A DNA stretch of 63,927 nt, the filler included, from Basidiobolus meristosporus CBS 931.73 (Eukaryota; Fungi; Basidiobolomycota), in assembly GCA_002104905.1 (NCBI GenBank). It is 4 parts of 4 records of this genome, joined end to end, with 100 filler letters (N's around TTAATTAATTAA, not from the genome) between each part and the next. Parts side by side here need not be neighbours in the genome. Positions count along the whole stretch, not along the records: positions 1 to 23,228 come from MCFE01000969.1; positions 23,329 to 35,983 come from MCFE01001233.1; 2 more parts are not named here. One strand, written 5' to 3'. The translations under genes were made by a program, and so were the position numbers. Below the pieces are notes generated by a model. The model was not told the DNA's origin. It saw only the letters and a program-made list of their open reading frames with translations, and searched no databases. Below, in pieces: positions 11,391 to 24,136 of this stretch (within the stretch, counting starts at the first letter, position 1; each line of letters starts with the position of its first letter).

Positions 11391-13990
11391 GGATTCCTAT
11401 TTTTGGAGATTTGCCAATTCCCTTGCAAGTATTGTGGCCCCTTCAACTGATATTTAAAAGAAAATCAACACCTCCAAGTGCAACATAGCCTCTGAGACTG
11501 CCTTTCAAATGCTTAAGACTGAACTTGCTAAGCTCCCAAGCTTAAGAATGCCAGACTTCAGAAAAGATATTACTCTGTGCAAAGATGCTTCACAATATGC
11601 AATGATGTAGTACTGAAACAAGAACATGATGGAAAGGACTACCCAGTGGCATTCAAGTCCAAGAGGTTGAACTTGGCACAACAACACCATCCAGCGCATG
11701 AGAAGGAGATACTTGCCACAATACACTGCATGAAGACTTGGAGAAGCTACATTGAAGGAGTCAGGTGCACTGTGATAATTGATCATTCTGTGGTGGTGTA
11801 GAGGAACTTCTGGGAGATGCCACTCAACTCAAGGTGTGTGAGGTGACTGATGGGTGCTATAACCTCTTGGTCCAAAGTGATGATGTCTTTGTCAATATGT
11901 CACTATTGTAAAAGCACTTGCTTCACTATCTTCCTAGGTGCTCCAAGTGTCTCCAAAGATCTTGTATGTCTTGTGCACTACCCTGAACAGCTCCTAGATG
12001 GCAGGTCTGAGGTATCACTGTTGAAGGTAGGTGCAGTGATGAACTGCTAATCAGTGAGGGAGAAGTGTTACTGATAGACAAGATGATCTATCAATGAGGG
12101 ATTGACTTCCCTTAAATACTTTTCTGGATTGCCAAGTGTTCCCTAATAACAAGATTCTAGAAGATTCCAGGCATCAGTGGAATTCTGGGTGACATCACTC
12201 TGAGCTAAAAATACTCCAAGAAGGTCCTGAAAGGTTCTAAAAGGCACAGCATATCAAGCCAATCAAGGATCAGTAGTCTGAAATCTGTGTGAAGTAGTGA
12301 TACCATATATGCTATTGAAATATATAAACTTGTCTGTGGGAGGTATGTTTACCCTACCACAAAACCTCACTCAAGCATATTTACTCAGCAGGTACTATCC
12401 AGAAGAATGACAAGATGGAGCTAATACATTCAGCAATTAGACTTGGAGATTGTCTACTTCCCTGGGCAAAACATCAGGGTTGCCAATGACTTATCAAGAC
12501 TGAAATAAGTTCCACAACTCAACTTGGTGCATCAACCAGATTAACCTAGCTTAATACTAAAGTACTTGGAGGACCAAGCCATTCCTGATGAGGTGGATGA
12601 AGAGATCATGAAGATAATCCAGGATGAAGTCAGCAAGTTTGTGGTACAGGATAAAACACTCTGCTAAATACTTATGAAAGCCCTATAGCCCATTGCCCTT
12701 ATATTGCTTGCCTAGATTTAATACATAAGCTACACAACAGATATGGACATTTTTGAATTGAAGGAACCTATAGCATTGTGAAAGAAACAAGATATTGAGA
12801 AGCTAATAAGAACATGCCCATGTTGCCAAATCAACCAAAGTCAACCACAGATAATTGCTGAACTCCTTCCTCTGGAGCCTGTCAGACCATTTGAGAGATG
12901 GGAAATTGAGTGTATTGGAAGACTGCCAAACACCAGGAAATGCAACCATTGGATCCTGCTAGCAATCAACCATGCCGCTAAATGGCAAGTGGCCAAAGCT
13001 GTACCTATAGCCAGTAAACAGGAAGTTGCAAGCTTCATCTACCAATAAATCCTTATGAAATTTGGATGCCCTGTAAAGATTTTATCCAAAAGAGGAGCAA
13101 ACTCTATGGCAAAGAAATTGGAAGCATTCCTCAAAATGCAGTAGATCATACACTAGAAGAACTTGGCATATCACCCCAGTACTAATGGAGTCACTGAGTG
13201 GTTCAATGGATTTTTTGGAAAAGTGCTGACAAAATTTGAAAGTGGAGCTGTCAGTATATATGATGAGTATATGGAGCAAGCACCTTTTGCGTGCAGAGTC
13301 AGAGCTCACAACACCACCCAACAGTTGCCATTTTACTTGGTGTATGGATGTGAACCAAGAATTCCAGAAGATCTCACACAACCAAAGCTTACAGATGCCT
13401 CAGAAGATGAACTAGGTCAGCCAAGTAGATACCAACAGCTGGGACAAAGATCATCAGAGAATGTCCATTGGCAACTTACCAACAAGTGCACAAACATGAG
13501 AATATCCCAACAGACAAAGCATATCAAGGCACACTCAAGCTTGCAAGGCTTCTTGACACTACTAAACCAACAAGCTTTTAGTGTAACAAGAAAAGATAAT
13601 TAGGAGACCCCTCTCCACTTTAGTAGGGGAGAATGTTATGGTCTACTGCTTGAATGACTGAGTTAGATAATTTTTTAGTCAAATTAACTAGCTTGATTTT
13701 AGCTTATCAGTATATCAGTGTTATCTAGCAAATCAGTAGTAATTGTCAGCCAATCCTTATTGCACAGAAATAGATAATTAAAGCAGGATCTAACTGGGTA
13801 ATGGTGATGCAACTGAAGGAGTTATGAGCCACAGCCTACATTAGAAAATACAAGTAGTTGGCAATTGATCTGCAATAATGCATATAAGGAGCTGCTCAAA
13901 CCTCAATACATATTGGTTCAAGTTTTGATGAATAAAATACATGGCAAAGCTTCCTATTCCTCTACAACTTTTACATCAAGACTTTTAACA
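11391..13990 (+). mobile_element. Degenerate Ty3/gypsy family C (RT end-RNaseH-IN plus probable 3' LTR 13634-13990)
   Basis: RNaseH YPVAFKSKRLNLAQQHHPAHEKEILATIH (11577-11801); integrase YHPSTNGVTEWFNG (13163-); PPT AGTAGGGGAGAA followed by TGTTA...TAACA with an internal AATAAA. Confidence 0.8.
11789..12361 (-). mobile_element. Solo LTR family L, internally deleted (573 bp)
   Basis: Reverse-complement match to both ends and the middle of 19-822, lacking roughly 60-300 of that copy; sits inside the family-C RNaseH. TSD not evident (ATTC vs AAAC). Confidence 0.83.
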
Positions 13991-14199
13991 CAATCATGTC
14001 CTATGTTTGTGTTCATTCAATGGCTATTGTCTCTACCTCTCACCATCTACCTTCTAACCCAGCAAATGATTTTAATTATCACAAACTCAATTCATGTAGG
14101 CTCAGTTGAGTCTATAGTTGTAGCTCATTTGGGCAATTATGCCATAGTTTATTTGCTGGTTCCTGTATGTCCTGGTCTTCTACCAGCCCTGCTAGGTCT

Positions 14200-16750
14200 A
14201 ACACTTCATTAACTGGTTTTTGCAATAAATTCTAGTAATAATCAAGTGCATTTTCTTGAACCCTGCTGATTGCAATATGCCACAACCTCTTGGTGTGCCT
14301 TTCAGTATTAGAAAAGTTCACTTTAGGCATTGTACTTCTTGTTTGAGTTCTTGATATTAATGCTTTGTCTGTAAATGAGATCTAATGGAGGCAGTGGCAC
14401 ACAAATTTTCCTACTCTGCAAGCTCATCTACCTCATTAGAGTGTAGCTCAACTAGCACTTTTTCCAACTCTTGTGAGAACAGCTGTTGTCTTTTTAGTAA
14501 TTCTCCTTTGCTAACATAGAATTAGCCAATCTGGGCTGCCAATGCTAGGAGGTAACAGCCACTTAGTTACTCCATCAGTGCTGGGGTGATATGCCATAGT
14601 TTTCAGATGTTTGATCTGCTGCATTTCCAGGTAAGCTTTGAATGCCTTTGCTATAAACTTTGCTCCTCTATTGGATAAAATCTCTACAGGGCATGAGGGC
14701 AATAGGCAATAAGACTTCCATGGACAATTTGGTAAAGTGTTTGATCCTGTACCACAAATTTGGTGGCTTTGTCCCATATAATTTTCTTGATATATTCATT
14801 CACCCCATCATGAATGGCTTGATTTTACAAGTACTTTGGTTATAGGCCAGGTAAATCTGATTCATGCACCAGGTTAAGTTGTGCAACTTGTTCTAGTCCT
14901 GATAAGGCACCAGCAAACATATTATTTCTCACAGGGCAGTAGACAATATCCAAGTGAAGTTGCTGAATATGTTCACTCCATCTTGTCATTTTTGAAGATA
15001 GTACCTTCTAATTGCATATACACTTGAGAGAAGCATGATCAGTCTTCACAGTGCACCTGACTCATTCAATGTAGCTTCTCCACGTCTTTGGGCAGTGTAT
15101 TCTGGCAAGCATCTTCTTCTTGAGCATTAGATGGTTGTGTTCTGCAGAGTTCAGTTTCCTAGATTCAAAGCAACTGGGTATTCCTTACCTTCATGCTCAT
15201 GTCACAGTATTACACCAATAACATAATCCAAAGTGTCTGTGAAGAGAGTTGACCTTTTCTGAAGCCTGGTATTCTTATGCTGGGCATCTTGGCATGTTCA
15301 TTCTTGATCATCTTAAATGCAGTTTTGCAGGCAATATTCCACATTAAAGTGTTGCCTCTCCTGAGTATATCAGTGAAAGGGGATGTAATACTTGCAAAGC
15401 ACTTTACAGAACACTAACTATAGGAAACCATTCTGAGAAATGATCTGAGTCCTAAAATGTTGTAGGGCTGTTTCAGATTTTTGATAACTTCCACTTTCTT
15501 GGTATCCAAGATCAAAGCTGAGCATGTCACTCTATGTCCTAGATGCTCAATGCATTCCCTCAAGAGCCCATAATTGGCTAGCTTGTTATATAGCTTGTTC
15601 TCTCTTAGATCCTTTGAGACCTGTTCAATGTGCACTAAGTGGTTCACTTCTGTGTTGATGTACAGCAATATGTTATCTAGGTACATTGTCACAAGCTTGC
15701 CTAATAACTCCCAGAAGGCAGTCTGCATCAGGGTCATGAATGTTGTTAGGGCATTGGCAAGGCCAAAACTCATAATTAAGTACTTGCAATGCTCATCCTG
15801 GATCTTGAATGCTGTCTTTGGGATACCTTCTGGTTTCACCCTAATCTGGTTGTATCCTCACAGGAGGTCAATCTTGCTGAATATGGTGTTTCTATTTAGT
15901 TGGTCCAATAGCTCATCAATCCAGGGTATGGGGTATATATTCTTTACAGTAGCTGAGCTGAAGGCTCTGTTTTGAATGCAAATCCTAAGTGCACCATCCT
16001 ACTCTGTGACAAAATGCATTAGTGCTCCCCAAGTCAACATGTAGGCTCTTATATATCCTTGCTCCAATAAATTATCTATATGTCTCTTCATCTCTTCCAA
16101 CTCCAATAGACTCATTCTCTAAGGTGTCTTACTTGCCCAAGAGCTGTCTCTGGTGTAAATAGCATGATACACACTCCTGACTGGTGGTTGGCATATAAGC
16201 ACTTCTGCAAACACATCTGATTATACTTCAAGAGAGTCCAAACTTGGTGGGTAACTATGATAGAGGAATCACGCTGTAATTTTGATATGAGAAACATCTG
16301 TGTAACTTTCCTAAGTGCTCTAAAGAACTATGTCCTGTTAAGCTCACTTGTGTCCAACACACCTGAGCTGACCAAGTTGAAGTCCAGTCTGGCAGGTAGC
16401 AGCTCAAAGGTATGAATGCCTTTTTGGATCTGAGTGCTATGGTTTCTCCAATTGACTGATGGATCACAGTTAATTAACCATGATTTTCCAATGACCAGGT
16501 CAAATTTGCAGTTTCTAAACACATGCCTGTGAATCTTCTCATTGGCCATGCACTTCAGTCTTACCAGCTGAGTAATTTGAATGTTTAAATGAGAGTTCCA
16601 ATCTGCTACTGAGACTGAAGAAGATTTCATAGGCTCTGAGTTGATTCAAGCTTTCAAGGCACACTGTTCTGACATTTATTTGGTTGCTGCTCTTGAGTCA
16701 ACCATTATCTTGGCAAGTGGTGCATTAATTACCACTTTCAGGTTTATTAG
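14200..16750 (-). mobile_element. Second degenerate family-C Ty3/gypsy copy (PR-RT-RH-IN remnants)
   Basis: ORFs 16328-16630 (DLVIGKSWL protease end), 15414-15839 (KTAF...SFGLANA...YLDNILLY) and 14511-14777 (AYHPSTDGVT); RNaseH DNA at ~15040-15260 matches 11580-11790. Boundaries approximate. Confidence 0.8.
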
Positions 16751-16899
16751 CATCCCTGAGCTTGAGATCATGTGGGATAGGTATTGTTATAAGTCTTTAT
16801 ATAAGAGTTGTAGAGGAATTGGGAGTTTAGTTTGTATTGTATTTACTCAAACTTGAATTAATTTTTATCAAGGTTCTAGCAGTTCCTTATATACAATGT

Positions 16900-18600
16900 G
16901 CCAGATCAATTGCTGACTAGATACAATTGTATTTCCTGATGTAGGTTTTGGCTGCTGACTCATTAGATTGCATCATCATCACCCAGTGAGATCCTACTCA
17001 ATCACTTTACGGCTTTTATGTGTGATACTTGCAAAGTTGCTTTATACCTTGTCTAGCTGGTAACATATGCATCCTGCAAATATATGCCTGGTTGCCACCA
17101 CTTTTGCCATGAAAACCACCTTAATATCTGCAATAGATTGTTAGTATTTGGATAATATATTCCTTCTCCCAGCTGGATTCTAATTTTGATTATAGGTGTA
17201 CTCTGGCACTTGTTTGAGTATATTCAATATTGAATGGTGTAGACACTGGCTTATGACCAAGAGAAGCCAGGCATAATTTGGTAAAGTTGTCCTAATAAAA
17301 TCTAGGTGCATGTGGCACCCAATCCTACTTTGCATTACTTAACTCAAAACTCACCCATAAGGGCTGTTTAGCTTGATGCCAAGGCCATAGATGAAACCAT
17401 GTGCACATCTGTCATTATCATTTCCCACTCTTCCTGGCTGTCCTCCACTTGCTAACTATGGTAGTACCTGCCACTGACTTATCTTCCTATCCCTCCACAT
17501 ATTTACACTGTAGTAAACTCTCAAAGATTAAGCTAGAAACAATATTCTCCACACCAAGCATGATGGAGTGCTGATTAAGTACAGTAGCAGCAGATATCTA
17601 CACAATTGCATTATGCTTGTGGCATGGCTGCTCAAATTGTATCACAAATTGCTTGTAAAAAAGCAGCAGATGTATTAAGCTGGCATTGGTGATCTGCCTC
17701 TTGATAAGTATTTCAGCAATGTTAAGATACAATCTTCATTGCTTCTAATGTACTCTTGTTAGAAATGGTTTCAGAAGGCCATTTAAATGAGTACAATATT
17801 GAGTTCATCCAGTCCCTGCATTTTTATTGTTGCATATGAGTATCAGTATTGATTGGAGCCTATGCAAAGTACCTTGAGTAGGTGATACTCTGTAATGCCC
17901 TGTCAATTCTTTCAAACTTGCATGGTATTGTTAAGGACTTGTTAAGCTTAAAATGTTCCATGTAAAACTTGATCATTAGTATAGGGATATTGCTGAAACA
18001 CAAATGCATTGCTTCCAGTGGAAGGCTTTTGTTACAACTGATACTAGTGGGACTACCATTTTACTTCTGCTCTGACACTGTAAGATAGGTGCCAAATTCA
18101 CATTGATACAAATTGGTGGCTACCAGGATTTCCTTGTAGAGTACTTGCTTAATTAGATTGCACTAAATGCCAAGGCAAAATCAGGGTCATAAATACTTTG
18201 AAAGTAGCCCTTGCTTCCTAACTGTTTACAATGTTTGCATCAAGGATGTTAGAAAAGTTTGTGCCTGATTGATACTGATTGCAGTGCTCTATAGATTAAG
18301 AATATTTCTGAGAATGCATGAACTTCTGTGGATGGAATATTATGGAATATATCTGGAGTGATTAGTGCTTTCCTCCAATGATGGTGGATATCTGACAAGT
18401 TATGTACCTTGTAATGGTGGCATTTTTGGATTTGGAAGCCATGCAACTGTAAACACATGCAGGTACAGCATGATCTCTGGGTCATATGTGGTTACTGGTT
18501 TTTCAGATGTCCATTTGTAGCAAGTTTATGGTAGGTTATATCCTAGAATGACTTGACTAGAAGTAGTAAGCTCTCAAAGCCAGTTTGCAAGATGCATACC
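16900..18600 (-). mobile_element. CACTA/EnSpm-like transposase remnant
   Basis: DNA similarity to 41340-42400; decayed motifs PPICINVNLAPIL (~18070-18130) and HSIMLGV (~17550-17580) resemble the Tnp2/Transposase_21 WP..xNLPPxxR and DxMH..LG motifs. Boundaries approximate. Confidence 0.6.
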
Positions 18601-20059
18601 AAAAAAGGTTTTTACAGTTGTGTCTTCAAGATTTTGAGTAGATAGTAAGATATTATTATAGGTTTAGCATTCAAAGTTTAAGTTAAAACAACACATTAAC
18701 AATTATGATCTGTATATACATGGTTTATTCTTAATAATGCAAAAAAAATTCTCTTAGATGAAAAGCTATACTTTTACACATGGACAATAGTTACAAAAAT
18801 TAGTTGTAGTTAGTTCCAAATGTTTATACATTGTAAAATCTGATATCCAAAATATTGTTGCTTAGTTAGTGTCATTAGGTGGTTACTTTTAAAAGACATA
18901 GCATGTTAGACAATACTAAATGCCATACACATAATAAGTTATGTGAGATTAAAACTGGTATGATGGAGCTGTAGATATGGAATACTATCAAAAATATTAT
19001 CAATACATATGATGTATCATATTAATACAAATCAATTAGATATATTGGAGTCTTTTACTTAATGTATTAATGATGAATACATTTTTATTTCTGAGCCATG
19101 CTTTTTAATTTAAATCACCTATCAACTGAAGTATAATTTATCTGTTTTCAGTAGTATCCTATAATAACAATGGAAGAAACTGTGGTTTGTTTAATCCACC
19201 TTACTAGAATTGCCAAATTAATAAAAATGGTCAAGAAACTCTACAAAAAATTTAAAATAAGGACAATTGTTACTCAAATGTAATTATGAAACCAGTAAAG
19301 TTTGAGATTTTTTCTAAAGTTTGGCAAAGTTACACAAAACTAAGGCTCTTGCCAAAGTCACCATAAAAATGTGCAACAGTGGAAACACTTATTGAATGAT
19401 GGATTTTATGGGTTTGCTTGCTTGGGGTGGGGTTTGGTTTGATGTTGGTATATATATGGGTTAATGCAGCTGGCAATTGGGGTGTAACTGAAGCTTTGAC
19501 TGAAATAAGTCAATTAGTGTGGATGAATTGTAAGAGAAAGATTGAGGTAGGTAGTAGGAAGTATGAACAAGAGACAATCCATATACACAAATGTAGGATA
19601 TGATTGAGTGTCTGGGATTCAAAAATGAGAAAATTGGCAGAAGATCAATCAAAAGCCACTTATGCATCATTTTGATGAAATATTTGACAGAATCTGTTGA
19701 GTAAACTGGTGTGCAATTAGCTTTCCATGGCCTTTACATGGTGTCCTAATGGGATCAATATCTCTAAGCTGCAGGACTCTAATCTGTGATGGCCTTTTAA
19801 CAGGAGCATCATATCTATTGCTTTTAGGGCTTCCTGGCAGCCTGATGTTTCTTTGCTGCTTACTTTCAGCTTTCTATACTGCTTGCGATGGGCTCCTGAG
19901 AAAGCCATTAGTTTGTATCACTACCAGATCCTTCAGTGGAACTGAGACTGAGTACCTTTTTTGTTGCACTAAGTATTTTTCTTTACTGGATGCTACACTG
20001 ATATATCTGCGTCTTCCTTCATGTTCTTTGCTAGCACTTTTTCCCTTTGAGCAATAACT

Positions 20060-20915
20060 TGGCCCTGCAAGGAGTCAGTAATAATGCTGGCAGCTTGAAA
20101 TTACTCCCCTCAATACAATCTCTTGATGGGATGATAATGGTGTTTATCTGATCTTACTGCTAAATAGTGTAAAAGCTTGAGAGTGTTTTTGTGGTTTTTC
20201 AGCCAAAATTGCCTGGCACTCCAATGGTCCTAATGAGCACTTCATTTATATAAGCAGAACCAGCCAGCCAGTACATCCCATTGTCTTATATGGCCAGAAA
20301 CTTAATAGCATTGTAATGAACTTATTGCAAACCTCTGCTGACATTACCAATGCAGTATAGCAGCCTACCAATTGTTCTGTATAATGCTACTGTCCCAATG
20401 ACCAATTGGTATCTTTGTTTTTTACCACATCTTGCACCTTTGATATTACCTCTATAGAATCACCCTTGCGATACACCTACACACAACCCACTTAGGTATT
20501 CCACACATACTACATACTTCTACCTACATCCTCACCAGCTGCAATTGACAATCGTCTATCACCTCAACTTTACAGCTTTTGAGCGTGAGATTTGCAAGTT
20601 TACCACATACCTTTTATTGCTTGTAAAATATACATCTTGCAAGCACATGCGTAGTTGCCATTGTCACCTAGCACCCAATTGGCTCATTGACCAACACACA
20701 AGCCAACTGATTGCTACCAAATATTGCATTTTGCCCATTGAGAAAGTAATTCTCAGATCCCAATGATTGGACAACATGCAATAGCAAGCACACTGCCAAT
20801 CAGGCAGGTGCATATCAGATCAAATAGCTGCACTGGTGTTACTGGTGATGTTTGCGTATGCAGGGTGTTTATTATGAGGGTTGTGTCTCAAATGCAAGAC
20901 AACCAAGACATTACT
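20060..20915. repeat. Unclassified dispersed repeat (family X); related pieces at ~40340-40620 (inverted), ~41000-41320 and ~56950-57640
   Basis: Shared blocks such as CTATCACCTCAACTTTA, CCCAATGATTGGACAA, GGGTGTTTATT and CTTATGACAGGAT. No coding capacity recognised. Confidence 0.55.
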
Positions 20916-20932
20916 TATAATTAAAGTATATT

Positions 20933-21666
20933 AGACTTGTTCCGTTGGATAGTGCCACATTGAGCCATGAGTGCCAAATAGTGCCATAGTGTGCCTGAGA
21001 GTCATAGCAGACCTAAACTTGGCCACAGAGTGTGGCATATAGTTCTTCATATTCATGCAAAGCAGCCCCTGTGTTTCACCTACGGTGCAGGAGAAAATCA
21101 ATTTTTTAACCTTTTTTTTGGGATCAAATTTGTTCATGACGTAAAAGAGCACAGACAGACTGAAGATATGCATCTGGTACATAATACCCATGGCACTCTA
21201 AATCTAGCCCCACAGGCTTGTAGCATGTCACAAAAATGCATGGCACTATCTTGGTCCACTGGTACTATCTGGCACTATATTTAAATATTAGCCCTAAAGT
21301 AGAACCTATACAAAGCACTTATAGTGCCAGATAGTACCAGTGGACCAAGATAGTGCCATGCATTTTTGTGACATGCTACAAGCCTGTGGGGCTAGATTTA
21401 GAGTGCCATGGGTATTGTGTACCAGATGCATATCTTCAGTCTGTCTGTGCTCTTTTATGTCATACACAATTTTGATCCTAAAAAAAAGGTTAAAAAATTG
21501 ATTTTCTCCTGCACCGTAGGTGAAACACAGGGGCTGCTTTGCATGAATATGCAGAACTCTAAGCCACACTCTGTGGCCAAGTTTAGGTCTGCTATGACTC
21601 TCGGGCACACTATGGCACTATTTGGCACTCATGGCTCAATGTGGCACTATCCAACGGAACAAGTCT
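20933..21666. mobile_element. Foldback/MITE element: two ~347-bp inverted arms around a 40-bp spacer, 3-bp TSD ATT
   Basis: Arm 20933-21279 is the reverse complement of 21320-21666 with only about ten mismatches; termini AGACTTGTTCCGTTGG; ATT at 20930-20932 and 21667-21669. Confidence 0.9.
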
Positions 21667-21901
21667 ATTGATCACTGATTCATAATGGCCTGATTTGGCT
21701 TGCAAAAAGACATGCAATATCTAGATCATGGCCAATGGAAACAACTAAATGCCATTGCATCATCTTCTCCTAGGTTTTTTCCTCACTAGGACTACTACTG
21801 GAACATTCAGTTATTATTCACCTTGTACACCTGAACTAGTGATGTTGATATGTTTATTACTTGCCAAAGGCTCTGGTGGTACATGTACCTCATGTAGGTA
21901 A

Positions 21902-22270
21902 TGTTGCAATTTAAGAAGTGATTTGGATATAAGAAACTTATCAAGAAATAGTGATAATAGTTGAACTGTTGTTTATTCATAAAGAAGCTCAGTATTTATA
22001 CCTTTGTAGAAGTAATACAGCTGCAACACTAAGTTGGGAGGGTTTCTCAATATTCAGGAGCATTCTGTAACAGTTTTAGGGTTGGTACATAATGTTTGGT
22101 AATAGTGCTAATTTGATCCTGACTATAAGGGAATAATCATAAGATCATATATCTGGAGAAAGTGGCAAAGTTAAGGCAGTAATTGAGTCCTACAGTGACT
22201 AAGACAAGACTAGAATTGTTAAGTAAATTTTTAGCTGCTGAATGATACCAAATAGTCCAATATTTCAACA
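21902..22270 (-). repeat. Probable 3' LTR of a Ty1/copia element
   Basis: TGTTG...CAACA termini; directly preceded on the minus strand by PPT GAGGGGGAG and the RNaseH stop region. Confidence 0.75.
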
Positions 22271-23228
22271 CTCCCCCTCAACTAAATAATTTCTTGATCC
22301 CAATTTCTCTCTAAGGATCTCAATCTGTGGCCTAGCTAGTGGTTTTGTCAATATGTCTGCCACCATTTTGTCAGTTGGGCAGTAAACCAGCTCCATTAAG
22401 TTATTTTCTACAGCTTCCCTCACAAAGTGATGCTGTATATCAATGTGCTTAGTTCTGGCATGATTAGTAGGATTTCTAGCTAATGAAATACAACTTTGAT
22501 TATTCTTGTAAATACATGTTGGTTCACCTGAATTAAAACCTAAGTCTTTGAATAATTTTTGTAGCCATATAGCCTCCTTAGTTGCTTGACATGCAGCCAT
22601 ATATTTGGCTTCAGTTGTAGATAGTGCCACAGTTGGTTGTTTCTTGCAATTCCAAGTAATAGCTGCACCAGCATAAAGAAATACATAGCCTGTGGTAGAG
22701 TGTCTGTCAATCAGATCCCTACCCCAATCTGAATCACTATAACCATCAAATTTTTGCCTATTAACTGCTCCAGAGTATTCCAGTACCATATTTATGGCAC
22801 CTTGTAGATATCTGAAAATCCTCTTAACTGCTGCAATTTGATCTGATCCATAATTCTGCATGAATTGACTGACTATTCCAACAGCTACTGCAATATCTGG
22901 ACATGTAGACACCATCAAGTACATTAGGCTACCAACCATTGATTGATAGGGAAAGTTTTGGTCCATATTTGAGCCGTTTTCATCCATAACTGGCTGAGAT
23001 TTGCTTAATTTCAGGTTGTTGTCCATAGGGATTGCTGCAGGTTTGCAATTTTCCATTTTGAAGCGTCTAAGAATGTCCCTGATGTACTTAGACTAATTCA
23101 GCACAATTTTCTGAGTAGGTATGTCAAATTTGACCTTATTTCCAAGAAAATAGCTCAATTTTCCAAGATCTTTCATCTCAAACTTGCTGAAGAGATCTGA
23201 TTTTGTCTGTTTAAGTGCCTCTTGATCA
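22265..23228 (-). pseudogene. Ty1/copia RT C-terminus and RNase H (truncated by contig end)
   Basis: YQSMVGSLMYL, GYSDSDWG, VALSTTEAKY, RTKHIDIQHHFVRE, MVADILTKPL. Confidence 0.93.
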
Positions 23229-23328
23229 NNNNNNNNNNNNNNNNNNNNNNNNNNNNNNNNNNNNNNNNNNNNTTAATTAATTAANNNNNNNNNNNNNNNN
23301 NNNNNNNNNNNNNNNNNNNNNNNNNNNN
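23229..23328. other. Artificial contig-join spacer
   Basis: 44 N + TTAATTAATTAA + 44 N, the same structure as the other two gaps. Confidence 0.97.
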
Positions 23329-23787
23329 ATCCTAATTGTCTCAAGAATGTTATCTTCAAGTTGCTAATGGTTGTGATAAATGTATATATGGAACGTTGCC
23401 CATAATAGCATGGAAGTAGTTGGTATAGATGTGCATGTAAATGCTTGGTTGGAATTCTTGGTGGAAGTAATCAGCAAGTAATACTATATTTGGTGTGAAT
23501 TCCAGTTGGTCTATTCACTCCCTGGAGCCAATGTCTGCTTGTCTGCTATGAAGCTAGTAGCTGAGACATTGACAGTTGTCCCTCTTCAGCTGCTCTTATG
23601 ACGGTATCCTGCTGGCCTTTTGTTGACTTTTAAAGGGATTGGTAAGAATGTGGCCCAATTTGTGTTTAATTCAATCTATATGTGTAATGCCCAGAGTACC
23701 TGTAGGAAAGCTAATGAGGAGGTATGATCCCACAGTAAAATATAGGAATGGGACAAGGGGAGGAGGAAAACTGAGATGCTAATTGGT

Positions 23788-24136
23788 TGTTGTAAAATTT
23801 GTAATTCCACCTAAATATTCACCTAACTTAGTCACTTAGATCATCACCTTCAAATCCTAGAGAATACTGACAAAATTCCTTGTCAGGATTTACTTAGAAT
23901 ATTATCACCAAAATATCAGGTACCTAGAAAATGAAAATTCTCAAAGTTGTCCAAGCAGCCTCTAACCTAAAACACATGCTCCTGGGACCTTCCTTAGTCT
24001 ATTCTATGTGTTTGTAATGCCAAGACCATGTAAAAGTATAAATACTACTTTTACATCCAATAAATCATGAAGTGAAAACCACATAATCTACATGTCCTCC
24101 CAAATCACTTCCAATATCTCCAAGACTCTTACAACA
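23788..24136 (+). mobile_element. Solo copia-type LTR (349 bp), same family as the LTRs at 55626 and 57775; a further diverged partial copy at ~24350-24503
   Basis: TGTTGTAAAA...CTTACAACA; flanks TTGGT/TTTGT (5-bp TSD with one mismatch); high similarity to 55626-55975. Confidence 0.85.

Noticed and set aside
20933-21666. CRISPR-like array suggested by repeated GTGCCA motifs; mirrored ORFs 20931-21671 in the ORF track
   Set aside because: No constant repeat-spacer periodicity, eukaryotic context and no cas genes; the ORFs are artefacts of the palindrome.
1-23228. Neurospora-type CpA RIP
   Set aside because: CpA and TpG are abundant and the paired-copy differences fall mainly at CpG.
23273-23284. 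TTAATTAATTAA as a biological palindrome or piggyBac TTAA target
   Set aside because: It is centred identically in all three N gaps, so it is an assembly linker.
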